This document shows positions 21,991-34,222 of a DNA stretch of 64,000 nt, in pieces; the stretch's first letter is position 1; each line of letters starts with the position of its first letter. Position numbers and translations under genes: made by a program. This DNA is from Podarcis erhardii (lineage: Eukaryota). Below the pieces are notes generated by a model. That model saw only the letters and a program-made list of their open reading frames with translations. It did no database searches and was not told the DNA's origin. The stretch is from assembly GCA_964252035.1 (NCBI GenBank), contig OZ176205.1, one strand, 5' to 3'.

Positions 21991-23999
21991 AGAACCATCA
22001 TCACGTCTTCAGCTTCTGGTTTATTGAACATCAGCACCATGAGTCCTAAATATTGATGCAGTTGAAAAGACATGAATCGCTTTTGCTATTGAGAGAGACA
22101 CCCTGCAGCTTTGTATTATTATCTGCTGCACACTTGCAATAGTTCCTCAATCATTTTCTTCCCCCTCTCCAAATAATAAGTTAATTAGTTGGGCTGGAAT
22201 TAATCATTGCTCTAATAGGATTTTTCCATCAGTACATGCATTTCTGCTTGCCTGGTGGAATGATCTCCCCTCTCTTCCCCCTGTGCTTTCTTCTGGAGGT
22301 TCTCTTGACCCCTAGAGCTGGTGTGGAGGAGGGAACCTCTTTTGCTCTAACTCCTACAGGTGCAACTATTGAATTGAATCAAATCTGGCCCTAAATAAAA
22401 CAAACCATCTTTCAAGTTGATTAGCCCAGCCTAGATTAATGAGTGACAGATCGTTTTACTCCTCATAACTTTTTATCATGCTGAAGTGTTGAGGCTGCTG
22501 TTGCCACAAAACAATGTGGGTGGGCAAATGAGGAATAATCCTCCCTGTTCCATCCTCCCCACTCTGTGCCGAAGAGGCCTGGTGAGCCCAGTTCTGCCGC
22601 TGCCTACAAGCAAAAGTAAGTGGGTGGACAGGCTAGGAAGAGGAAGCCCAGACAAATGGAGAATGTCTTCCATTTTCCATCCGCTGCCACTTCCTCACAG
22701 AATACCCTCCCCCCCCATCCGATTAAGATCCAAAATAGAAGGTAGGACATCCAATCAGAAGTAATGGCAGAAGCAAGTGTGCTCGCATTAAAAGAGGTGA
22801 GCAAGTTCAAACCAAGTAATGAGGGACTGTTTGCAGTGGAAGGGAGAAAAGAAGTCCCTTCTCTCTTGTTTGAAATTAAGGGACTTTCCATGGGTGCCAG
22901 AGGGGAGACTATGGACACACTTGTGCCTGTGGTTGCCACAATGGCACTCCCTCTCCAGCCAATTAGACCTCCTTCCAAGCATCTTACTTTCCATTTTGAC
23001 TTGCCTTTTTACTCAGCACTCAGAATCTATTAAGCAGTTGGAAAGCTATGACACACTGGAAAATGTTTATAATGCAAATTAATGGAATCTATTATTTTAT
23101 TCAGTATTGGGATGTAAATGAAGGGTTTATTTTAGTATAAATATTACAAACTCTATGAATAGGTGCAGGACATCTAATATCTGGAGAAAGTTGTTTACAG
23201 GTTGCAGTTAGGAGGCTTCTTATGCTAAGCTCTGTGGAGATTGAACGATGCTTTTTCTCTGAAAATGTTACAGCGTTTGGATATGGATGTTCTCAGAAGT
23301 GCCTACTATGGGCTTTGTTTAGTCTGGAGAGCATATACCACAGCAGAAACCATTAAGGGAGTCTCCAGTTTTATTGGGCTTTCCACTGACACTTGTGGTC
23401 ATAACTGAGAAATTTGCAAATAACAGTGACAGAAGGCTGATGGCTACCTTAGACTGAAGTCATAACTTGGAATGGAATTTTCTCGGCTCCTGAGCCATTG
23501 TCTCCTTGTACTGAAGTTTAATACAGGCACATTTCCTCCCTTTTCTGTGCTTAATGCTACTTAATCTCTGTGTTCAGTCAAACTAATCATATTAAATCCC
23601 CAGATGAAAGATGCAATTATAGCTGGACATGTTCAAAATATGTTCTGTTCTGTTGTGTTATGTTATGGTAAATGGAAATTCAGAGCACCACAAGATTCCA
23701 TGCTGCTGTTCTAAAGTATTGTGAACTGCTTACCAACATTTCATCACACCCAGTTTATTCCTTGTTCCTAGGTTTTCCATAATTATTTTGTGATTTCGAA
23801 CCAGGCCTGCAAAGAGTTTGCCTGAGGCTTGAGGCGGGAGTCTTGTGCACGACAGCGTAAGACCAGCAGGCCCCTGGCAGTACCCCCACCCCACCCTGGT
23901 CAGCTTAGCCCTCTAAGGCCTGGGGCTGCCCCCACCCTCTCCTTGGGCCTGTGTAAAACTGTTCCTGAAAAGACCAGGAAACTTGACAAAGAAAAGACA

Positions 24000-24080
24000 G
24001 CAGTTCTATGAACATTTACTTGAGAGCTAGTCCCATTGAATACGGTGGGACTTTCTTCCGAGTAAATATTCACATGGTGC
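24000..24080. repeat. Short palindromic interspersed repeat (agtcccattgaa...tgggact family); related remnant at about 12105-12180
   Basis: acatttacttgagagctagtcccattgaatacggtgggactttcttccgagtaaatatt has inverted arms. Confidence 0.5.
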
Positions 24081-24199
24081 AAGCAGGTATTGACTGATTA
24101 ATAGAACAGATAGCACCGTATTACACAAACCAGGTCATTTTTTTTACAATCTGTTTTGTCAATCTTGTGTTAGGAGTAAGATTCATACACATAATCTCA

Positions 24200-24320
24200 G
24201 TAATAGTGTTCATGCCCATATTACAGAAAGGGGGCTGAGCCTGAGGGTAATGGCTTGCTTAAGGGCTCAGTGAATTCAAGACTCAGGTGAGATTTAAATT
24301 TCCTGGGTATTAAGCCATTA
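24200..24320 (-). mobile_element. MIR-like (CORE) SINE remnant
   Basis: atgcccatattacagaaagggggctgagcctgag...ggcttgcttaaggg...cagtgaattc...gagatttaaattt. Confidence 0.5.
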
Positions 24321-25224
24321 TTTTGAACAGCAACATCTACTCAACATCTAAAGACATGGTTATACTCACGTGAAGAGTGATCATGCCCTGTAGTTTACAT
24401 CACTTGTGGTATACCATGCTTTGTTTGTGAGAGTGATGAACATAACTGGAGACAAGGCCAGGATCAGTGGATCTGATAAAAATAGCACAAAATATGCTCA
24501 GAGGGGAATCTGCCTGTTTATTTCTAGAGCTTGGACTTTTGCCTAGTGGTGAGAGTATCTAGACAATAAAACTGCTAGGTTTGTTCAGCACATTTCCATG
24601 TTAGTTCCAGAGAAAGAGAGAGAAAATTAGGCAAAGTGTTCAACTCTTTTTGTGGAATACAGAGGGGTCTTGGATTCGTGGCTTATTGTGACACTGATCA
24701 ATTTTAATTAGAATGGAGGGGAAAGATAGCTATTATCTGCAAGAAAAAACTATAAAAATCTACATTCATATCAGAAAATGTTGCTTTGCATATAGCTGAA
24801 ATGTTTAGCTGCTCTTCTAAGAAAGAGATGTGCTTAGAATCCCAGACTTGGAAGTCTATACCTGTAATTTGACTTTCTACTGCAGAGACTTGAAATGTTG
24901 CATTTACCGTAGTTATTTAAAATATTTATATCCTGCCTTTTGTGGTTTGCTTGTTTCTTTTTTACTTTTACATAAGTATCAGTTAATAGAAATAAATTAA
25001 AATAACAACCGAAAATTCTAAATTCAAACAAACAATTCTAAATTATAAAAGGAATTATAAAAGGAGATACCTATCCGTAAAATAGTAGTGCCAGTAAAAA
25101 CAGCACAATAGACACTCAAATCTTAGGAGAAATTCTCTTAGCATGGCACCTCAAGATCAACAAAGTAAGCACCAAGCATGTATCTGTGGGGGGACCATTC
25201 CACAAGTAGTACACCACTACATTT

Positions 25225-25490
25225 CTGCCAACCTAGCAGTTTGAAAGCACACCAGTGCAAGTAGATAAATAGGTACCGCTGCGACGGGAAGGTAAACAGC
25301 ATTTCCATGCGCTCTGGTTTCCATCACAGTGTTCTGTTGCGCCAGAAGTGGTTTAGTAATGCTGGCCACATGACCCGGAAAGCTGTCTCTGAACAAACGA
25401 TGGCTCCCTCAACCTGAAGCAAGATGAGCACTGCACCCCAAAGTCACCTTTGACTGTACTTAAGCATCCAGGGGTCCTTTACCTTATACC
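25225..25490 (+). mobile_element. Sauria SINE, 5'-truncated, with ACCTTT-type tail
   Basis: ctgccaacctagcagtttgaaagcac...gtgcaagtagataaataggtaccgc...gggaaggtaaac...gctggccacatgacccggaa...caggggtcctttacctt. Confidence 0.88.
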
Positions 25491-25562
25491 ACTACAAAAA
25501 GGCCCATTATTTTGTCACCCTCCCCCTTTAACCTCTAAATGCAAAGGTACCTGAAATACCTA

Positions 25563-25870
25563 GTTGGCGTTTTTTGTCTTGGGAGACAGTGGGGGAGTGT
25601 GACTTTGGAGGTTAAGTGAGACTGTTGGAAGGTTACAGCGCCTGCTGTGGCTGTAGAGACTGATACGGGATGGACATGTTTTGTTGCAGCTGGGGCAGAT
25701 GAAGGTGTCTGGTGCTTCTGCTGCAGCAGATGCACCATGGCATGATTCCTCCTCTATGCTATGGATGTACAACCTGGCTGTCTCTAGGGACTGCGGTTGT
25801 TTGTCAGCCTTTGTGTCACATTTGCATGCATCTTTGTAATGCAAGGTTGGTCTGCCAATTGGCCTGGTGC
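25563..25870 (-). mobile_element. RTE-clade LINE 3' end (ORF2 C-terminus with C2H2-like finger), internally deleted
   Basis: Minus-strand translation GTRPIGRPTLHYKDACKCD..K and FICPSCNKTCPSRISLYSHSRRC (ORFs 25560 and 25535). Confidence 0.85.
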
Positions 25871-28800
25871 CTTAAGCCACATCCTCAGGGCCTCTGAATA
25901 TCATCTGGAAAAGTGGGCAGGCTCATATGGGAACAAAGGGTGGTATTCACCTAACCAGCCCTGTCAGTGGAAGCCTTTGCAATGACTTCTGCTTGCACTA
26001 AGGAGCTTCCTCCATCTCTGAACTCCATGCCCCCAGAATTGACTTGGGAGGGTTCTGGAAAACCTCCATAACAGAGTGTTTTGGGGGAGGCAAGGGGGAA
26101 TTGTTTCATCTGGCAATGCTTGCACAGATGGAAGCATTAGTAGAGCATAATGTTGAATTCCACCTAGTCCTTTTTACAGTGAATATGAATTCATTGCCTA
26201 CTGTAACTATCCAAAACGTTGTGATTCTAATGATCTCATATCTACTTCAGTAATTATGACTTGATTTTGAAATCCAGTTTCTTGTTGTATATAATGGTTT
26301 TTCCTGTGACGCAGGTGATGGAATATTTCACAGTGATGGAATATTAAGTAATGAAAGCTTTTTAAGATGAAGAATATCATGTAAATGAGAAGAAATGCTT
26401 CTAGAGATCTCCAGAGGGCAAATGAGATATAAGAGTTCCTGTTTTTTATGAGTTGTAAAACTACAAGGGGAGAAATCCCAGGTAACACAGACAGATAATA
26501 CAAATTGCTGGTGATAGCAAAGACAAAAGCCTAGAGGTTTGGGTCATCTTCGGGTTTGTGATAATGAAAAAAAAATAGTACCGGGTGAATTATCTACTTA
26601 CAGTATACAAATGAATAACAGCAAATGATGTTGGGATATTGTTTTCACAATGTGGTGTACATGCCTTTAGAGAGTATGTAGTATAAAGTGCCGACAGGGT
26701 TGTTTTGTTCCTTAGTCTGAAGTGTAAGATAATGCCTTAGAACCTAGTGTAAGGCAAGAGTTGGCTTGAGTCATGGTTTGTTTTGTTGGATCTGTACCCT
26801 GCTGTCCCCAAGTACTTTTTTGAATTTATCTGGGGAAAGGCTACATAGATTAATATGCTCTGATGAAGAGAGATATTCTGAGGAGAATAGCAGTTGGTTG
26901 AATGTTATATTTTCAGAACAATTGATTTGATTGAATTGATTTATTATACTTTTATGCTGCTTTTCATTCAAATGAATCCTAAAGCAGCTTACAAACAATA
27001 AATAAGAATAGCATGATACAATATAATAGAATATCACAAATACAGCATAAATCATATAGAATAATTAACATATCATCTGTGAAATCAATACAGCGTTATT
27101 AACAACATTAACAAAATAGCCAAAAAATAAACTAAGCACTGTTAAATTCATATGCACACTCCCCACACCCCCATGACTCATAATTGTTCACTGTTCAGCT
27201 CATTAAAATACACATCCACATAATGCCCGTGGCAGCAACTCCCTTCTGAAGGTTTTTCAGGCTGGAGGTGGGGCAGCACAGGTGAAACCAGCCACCCCCT
27301 AATGACAAACAGTCTCTCTTCCCTCACAGTTCTTACTCTGGAAACAGCTCCCTTATGAGAGCTCCTAGGGCTGTAGGGTGGGGCAAGGCAGGTGGAAAAA
27401 GCCATTACCTGCTGGCCATTGGCCAACAGAAAGCAGTCCGTGGAAAAACCAATTTGTTCTGATACAGCACTAAACTGGGTTTTCCTAGGGGAATGTGGTG
27501 GCGCAAATGGACGTGTGGATGAGCCCTCAGGTGTGTTTATAGCTCCCTGACCAAAGGAGCTCTTCATTATCTCACTAATGCCTCTGATCCCAAACTTCTT
27601 CAGAAGATATGAAGGAAACATGTGGTGATCATCCCAGCAACACCTCAGTGACCTGGTAGCAGTTCATGTAATTTTTTTAAATTAAGACTGTTCATTATAT
27701 TATTGCATTCTTGTGGTTAGTGAATACTCAATGTGTACTCCATAAAGCAGAGCTGACCACTGCAGATTTGAGCAGAGGGAAAACATAATTTCACTCTTTT
27801 TCCTTTCTTGCATTCAGCTCTCATTGCAGACTTGTGTTTACCCATTAATCTCCACCCAAAGACTTTTATTCCATTGTGCTTACTGATCCCGTAATTTCAT
27901 ATGATGTAAGGCTGATATACATTTCAAAATAATTGTATTTGCATGATGGGCTTAAGCTTTAAAGTAACACATTTCCCCCCCTTTGATATTTGCTTTCTCC
28001 TTCTAGTCTAGGTTCAGCAACAGTTTAAAAGGTATGGGGAAAGCTTATAAGTAAAGAATAACAGAAGCAGGATACTTCCCTGGTTAGAGAAGCTGGCTTA
28101 CCTGTTCATTGAGTTTTATTCCAAAATCCCTGCCTGTGAAGATTTTTAATCTAGGAGAATTGGGAAAAGTTCCGACTGGTCCGACTGCTGTTGCATTCCA
28201 GCTTAAATGACTACATGTGTCTAATTTTGATTTCCTTCTAAATCATTAGGGACATCACTCCTCTGAACCTCTACTTGATGCAGTTGAAATTGGATGCCTT
28301 GCCTGTCAACAGAAATGTAGTCCGTTAATAGTGTTGAATTTATTTGTTTTAATTAAATGACTATTAAAATCATGAAAGAGGCCTTGTGTTTGGGAGAGAG
28401 TGTTTCACATCCTATAAACACATTGCAAACTCTTCCCAGAAGTGGTAGAGAGCTGATATGTATGCAAGGCCATGAGAGACTTCAGAGCTGCCTTCTGCGC
28501 ATGTGTGCTCTCAGCTTTGTCCCACTGCTTGCTGCACAAAAGCAACCTATTCTTTTCTGTTCTTACATTGCAGCCCAAGTACTTTGGACAGCGACCTTTA
28601 TGTTTCTCTTAACCTTTGTTTGAAGGGTGTGTGTGTGAAATTTATCTTTTAGATTTCGGGTGGGTTTAGTGCTGACAAATACCCTGAGAAGAGTACTGAA
28701 AGCTGGTGCAGCTGTTTTCTCTTGCAGTGTAGTTTAGTCTCCCTGGCCGCCCATTCAGCTTCTCTTCAAATGAAGAATTTTTTCTGTGTTTCTTGTACAG

Positions 28801-28926
28801 AGGGTGGATAGATTCTTTTCTACATCCTTAAAGTGACCTAGCAATCTGGCACATCAGAACAGGTGCTGGCAGATTATTTGCTCTTGATTTATGTTCAACA
28901 GTCTATGTGTGGATTAGGCTACTATA

Positions 28927-29089
28927 NNNNNNNNNNNNNNNNNNNNNNNNNNNNNNNNNNNNNNNNNNNNNNNNNNNNNNNNNNNNNNNNNNNNNNNNNN
29001 NNNNNNNNNNNNNNNNNNNNNNNNNNNNNNNNNNNNNNNNNNNNNNNNNNNNNNNNNNNNNNNNNNNNNNNNNNNNNNNNNNNNNNNNN
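28927..29089. other. Assembly gap, 163 N
   Basis: Run of n characters. Confidence 1.
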
Positions 29090-31959
29090 GTCAAGGATTG
29101 AATATGTTCTAGTTGACAGAAAAGGTGTCTAACTTCTAGGAAACTTACAGGTGCTGGAGAAGAGTGGTAGAACTTTTCAGCCAGCTTTTGTTTCGAAAGA
29201 ATCTACATCTTCACAAGAGATGAAATACTGTTTGTAAAATTGGGCTCTTGCTCCCTCTGGGCTATTTTTGCTCCCCAGGGAAGCTTGGACTGTGATTGGA
29301 ACTACACATTACCACATACCAGATCAAATAGTCTGATTTCCACACATTTTCAGGAAAGAAAAGCTTGTTTATATGAGCACAAGGTTAAGAACAGGATTCA
29401 GTGTACACTGGAATAAATCTGTAACTCACTTCCGATGATCTGCTCTTGATTGTTCTCATGGATCTATGTGTTTGCAGCTATGAAATCCTTCATAACCTCC
29501 TTGGTAAAACATTGACTTGATGAGATAGATTCGGGACTTATTAGTGAATACACAAGGTATGGACTACTTATGTCCAGATCAGTCTGTAATTGTAATGTGT
29601 TCTTTGTACCCTGGTGTGTGTTGTGTGTGTATTCATAGGTGTATAGAAAAGACCAGTAAAATGCTATCAATGCTGTATTCTTAATTCAGCTGTATGGTTC
29701 ATTTCCAAATAAGTCATTAACTTCTGTTAAGCCATTGCCTTTATGAAGCAAAGTTATTCCTTGTCTTGGTAACCTGCTTGCCCCACTGAATTGAATTAGC
29801 CAGTTTTTCCCATCAAAATTAATTGCTCTCGGTTTATTATAGAGATTGTTTGCCCTCTTCCAAGGACTGTTTGTTCCCAACAGTGTGTTTTAGGATCTGT
29901 TTGTATATGCTGGAAGCTTTTTCAGCTTATTTTTTTGAAGGTCACCTTGGGTTCAGAAAAGTTTAGAGTGGTAGCAGCTAAAATAGACTCAAGTAAATTC
30001 AATAAGATACAGAAAGTGGTTGATCTGTAAATTCTTTCCTCTCTCCAGATTTCATTGCCAAAATATGTTTAAATTGACAAATGATGCAGCCAATCTCTTA
30101 GGAGATGCATTTTCAATCCCCCCCTCGTTCTGTTGCTTTACTGATGCATGCTGCCATGTTCAATGGTTTTACAGAGCTTAATGAGTGACGTGAGTGGTGC
30201 TGTTAGCTTTCCAGCACCCCTGTAAAAAAAAAATGTAGCATATTTTATAGAGTTGGTTACTAGAAAGAGGTGACATCCTTCATAATGTTTTGTTTTGAAA
30301 TCTTTAAGATAATATTTAATTTCCTATTAATAATGTTCCTTTGAATGTATACTTTATATTTGACTTTCTTCAGTAAAGTTTTATTCCAGATTGTTTTATT
30401 TTATGTTTTAATGTAGGTTGTAAACCACTTTGATATTTTTCCCTTAAAATTAGAAAGAAGTATAGAAATGAAAATAATAATAATAATAATTTTGATCACT
30501 ACCCAAATCTGTATTCTCTGCTGACAAAAATAAATAGTTGGTTCATAAGTATAGATAATTTGAGTCAGTTAGTTCTGATGTAGTGTCTAGAGCAGATGGA
30601 TAATCACTGTAACAATTGGAAGAAGTTTGTGGAGCAAAAGCACAAGCGGAGGACTCATGGGGAGGAATTTAGTGTTGTGCTATCATGATCATTAGCTCGC
30701 TCAAGAATTTCTGCTTGACAGATGGAACGATCTCCTCTCTCCTTTTCCCACAGACTGTTCAGGGAGTTCTCCTGACTCCCCAGAGCCAATTTGGGGGAGG
30801 GAAAGCCCCATTGTGCTAGTGGGACTCATTGTGCTGGCTCCCTCTAACACAACCATTTAGTTGAATCCAGGGCTTGATTTTTATTAAAAAATAATAGTTC
30901 ATTTCCTGCATTTCTTGACCTTATCTCACCATTCTGCTACACCATTTCTCTCACCACAATGTGGCACATATTAGGAAGGCTCATGAAACTCTGAGCCCCT
31001 TGCTTTTCTTCCCCTACCTCGAGGTACTTGCTTCAGAGCATAGGCAGGATAACAGCTGAGTGTAGATGGAGGAGGAAAGCAAAGTAAAAACATGTTGGTG
31101 GGGTTAATCTGGTGTATTTACAAATGGTGTAGTGCAAACTGTCCAGATTCCCGTGAATCTACGTAAGTACTGTGTGTTTCATTCCATGATGACTCAGATC
31201 TTTCAGGAACAGGTCTGTTTTGATGCTTGGGGTAATCCCCAATCCTCAAGAGTGCTCAGCTTGGGTTAATGGGATGCTGATCAATTTGACATACTAGTCT
31301 TCCAAGTTACACCAGGACCAGATAATAAATGCAGCACTGCAGATGAAGTCAAATTACATAGAGAGTCACAGGACTTGATCAGACATATAAACAAGAGCCA
31401 GTTGGTGCCTCCCAAAAGTAAACTTCTTACAACTTCATATCTGAATGCCAAATTCTGAGGATGGGCAAGCTGAGGGGTTCTGTTACTCACATTTCCTTCT
31501 TTTAAGCTTTCAGAAGTATTTGGCTGGCAGCTTTTGGAAACAGTACTGGACTGGATGGGGACAGTGACTTGACCAACACCAAGCCACGCCTTTCACATTC
31601 CTTTGCAGCTACAACACAGCATCCATTTTATAGAAGGCAAAACAGTGAGGCTCAGAAGCAAATAAATTGCATAATACCACAGATTGAGCATAAGGCATAG
31701 GTAGAGTCTCTGTGACAAATGACAGCACTCCAAAAATAATGTCCTTTTCTAAAAATTACCACTAATTCAACATTTGCTGCAGTGCCATGATCTGAAGTGC
31801 ACCACCCCATCCTCAACTTTCTTTGTAGAATCAAATGAAAAAAACAAAAAAAAGTTAGAATCATGAATGGCTGTCAACTCTTATCAACAGCTATTTGTAA
31901 TGATAGCTAACTTGAACTTCTGTGTTCCTGTATGTTTTACTGGATAGTCACATCAAAGT

Positions 31960-32182
31960 GAACCAGGCAGAGGGCCTTCTCGGTAGTGGCACCCTCCCTG
32001 TGGAACGCCCTCCCACCAGATGTCAAAGAGAACAACAACTACCAGACTTTTAGAAGACATCTGAAGGCAGCCCTGTTTAGGGAAGCTTTTAATGTTTGAT
32101 GTATTACAGTATTTTAATATTTTTTGGGAAGCCACCCAGAGTGGCTGGGGAAGCCCAGCCAGATGGGCGGGGTATAAATAAA

Positions 32183-32230
<48 letters not shown>
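31960..32230 (+). mobile_element. Young L2-family 3' fragment with an (ATT)14 tail
   Basis: gaaccaggcagagggccttctcggtagtggcacc...ttttagaagacatctgaaggcagccctgtttaggg...ccagatgggcggggtataaataa then (ATT)n at 32189-32230. Confidence 0.88.
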
Positions 32231-32231
<1 letters not shown>

Positions 32232-32432
32232 GCTGTAGCCAATATTATTATTAGATGTACTCTATGTAGATCTGTTAAAATGAATGGACATGACTAACTT
32301 AGGCCCATTAATTCTAGTGGGTCTGTGTTGAGTAGAACTTAGATAGATACAAACCTGTATCTCAAAAATGAAGGACATAGCATCTTTGCCACAATATAAG
32401 ATAAACTTTTATTTTGTAATCTTTCATATTAT

Positions 32433-32573
32433 GTGTACACTATATATTAAAAGCATATTGTTTCCCCCAAACAATCACAGGAACAATAGTTTGCTAAGAA
32501 TGCTGGGAATTGCACTACAGTTCCCAGAATTCTTTGGGGGAAGCCATGTGCTTTAGATGTATGGTATGTACAC
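32433..32573. repeat. Palindromic MITE-like element (ctacagttcccagaat family)
   Basis: Inverted ends gtgtacac...aaaagcat / atgtgctttagatgtatggtatgtacac; inner ttcccccaaacaat / attctttgggggaa. Confidence 0.55.
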
Positions 32574-34173
32574 ACCCTCTTTTTATTTTTGTTGTTAGAT
32601 GTACAGTATGGATTCCCTCACCCTTCCTATGTTTCTGTGGCTTGATCATGTAGCTGTGTCTACAACTTTGCTATGTTGCATTGTTTACTCTGGATGCGTA
32701 AACATTATACAGCAGTGAGCTTGATAATTATCTCAGAACTATAGTTTGATGTCCTTCCATCTTAAACAATTCTGGAATGTACCTTGGAAATGCCAGAAAT
32801 AGGCTTTGGCTTTGCTAAGTCTCCATAATGCAATCAAACAGGCAATAAATAGCAAGTACTTGGCAAGGAAATCTAACCCTTATGCATTCTGCACTGTCTT
32901 GTACAGTTTTCAAAAGAATTCAGTAAGGAAAAAATCTGATTGGTCAGATTTGCTTTGCAGGGGATATTTTGGAACAGTCTTCGTTTGGGACAGGTATTTT
33001 AGGACTGATTCTGTATAACTTTTTTCATTCATGGAGAAATACATGTGAAGAGTATTATGCTGGAATGCAAAATACTCATACTTCTTGCATTCGGATTTAA
33101 CATTTTTCACATGTGTTCCTCTGTGGAAGAAAATTGTGTGTTTCACCTTATGTACCTAAGATGTGCCTCAAGAGGGAAATAAACTGATGTTTTAAAATAA
33201 AAGATATAACCATAGAAAAATGAACAATCGTAGGAAATCTGAATGTTGGAAACAAGAAGTAACTGATGCAATAAAATATTAGAAGTAAATTATGCAACAG
33301 GATTGAGTAAACTGAAACAGTCTATACCTATGTTAATTCACAATATTGTTTATTGATGAGGACTTTTCCATATACACAGTTGAGGCTTGTGTACACGTTT
33401 ATACAAATATTCTGTAAACCTATGTATACTGCAAAGATTCTATTTAGCTTGGCAGTTACTTTTTCATATAGATGCAAAGTGTCTTTTTTAAAAAGAAAGA
33501 AAGAAGAGAGAGAGAGCATGAGAAGTCAGGCAGCAAGGGAAGTGGCAGTTGGCATGCTGAGCATAGAGGAAGGCTTCCAGACCAGTAATGTGCGATGGCA
33601 CCTGCAGGATTCGGCTCCATTCCTGAAGAAAAGGTAAAGGTAAAATCCTCTCACATAGAGTAGTATGGAGTGAGAACTATCCCTAGTCTTACACTGGGCT
33701 CTCAGAGCTCCTTGAGGAAACATTGTCCAGAAGGGGTAGTAGCAAGGAACATAGAACACTGGTAAGAGACTTGTTCCTATTGGCTGTTTGGGTCCAGTGA
33801 AGATGACCTGCCTGATTCATATACACCTGGATTTCAGATCTTCTGCCCAGCCTTAGACTCACTTAGGGCTGGCACTCAGCAGACACCCCTGAGGCAGCAT
33901 CTCTGTGGGCACCCCAACCATCTTGCCATCTCCACCACTGGTGGGGAAAGGACACTGTCATTGGCACCAGCTTCCAACAAGATCTCTCATGATCTTGCCA
34001 GAAGTCTCCGCTGCCACCACACAACCTAGGTAAGTGATGTTTTCACAGGGGCAGCGTGTCCCATTTCACCTCAGACTCAACCCTGCCTTCCACCCCTATC
34101 CAGGACACCATCATACACAATTAGCCAAAAACATTAAGCTGTTATGCAGATCAGTGGTGTGACTGCATTTGCG

Positions 34174-34222
34174 CTAGATGGGCCATTGGCCTGATTCAGC
34201 AGGCTGTTTTTATATTCCTATG
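34174..34222 (+). mobile_element. Short CR1 3' terminal fragment
   Basis: ctagatgggccattggcctgattcagcaggctgtttttatattcctatg. Confidence 0.65.

Noticed and set aside
24433-24477. GTGATGA ... CTGA as a C/D box snoRNA
   Set aside because: The boxes are only about 45 nt apart with no terminal stem or internal C'/D' boxes.
27178-27621. 147-aa minus-strand ORF (the similar 148-aa ORF at 43479-43925 was treated the same way)
   Set aside because: No recognisable domain, antisense within an intron, no splice context; ORFs of this length arise by chance in 64 kb.
28863-29132. ORFs 28863, 28903 and 28907
   Set aside because: Artefacts of reading through the N gap.
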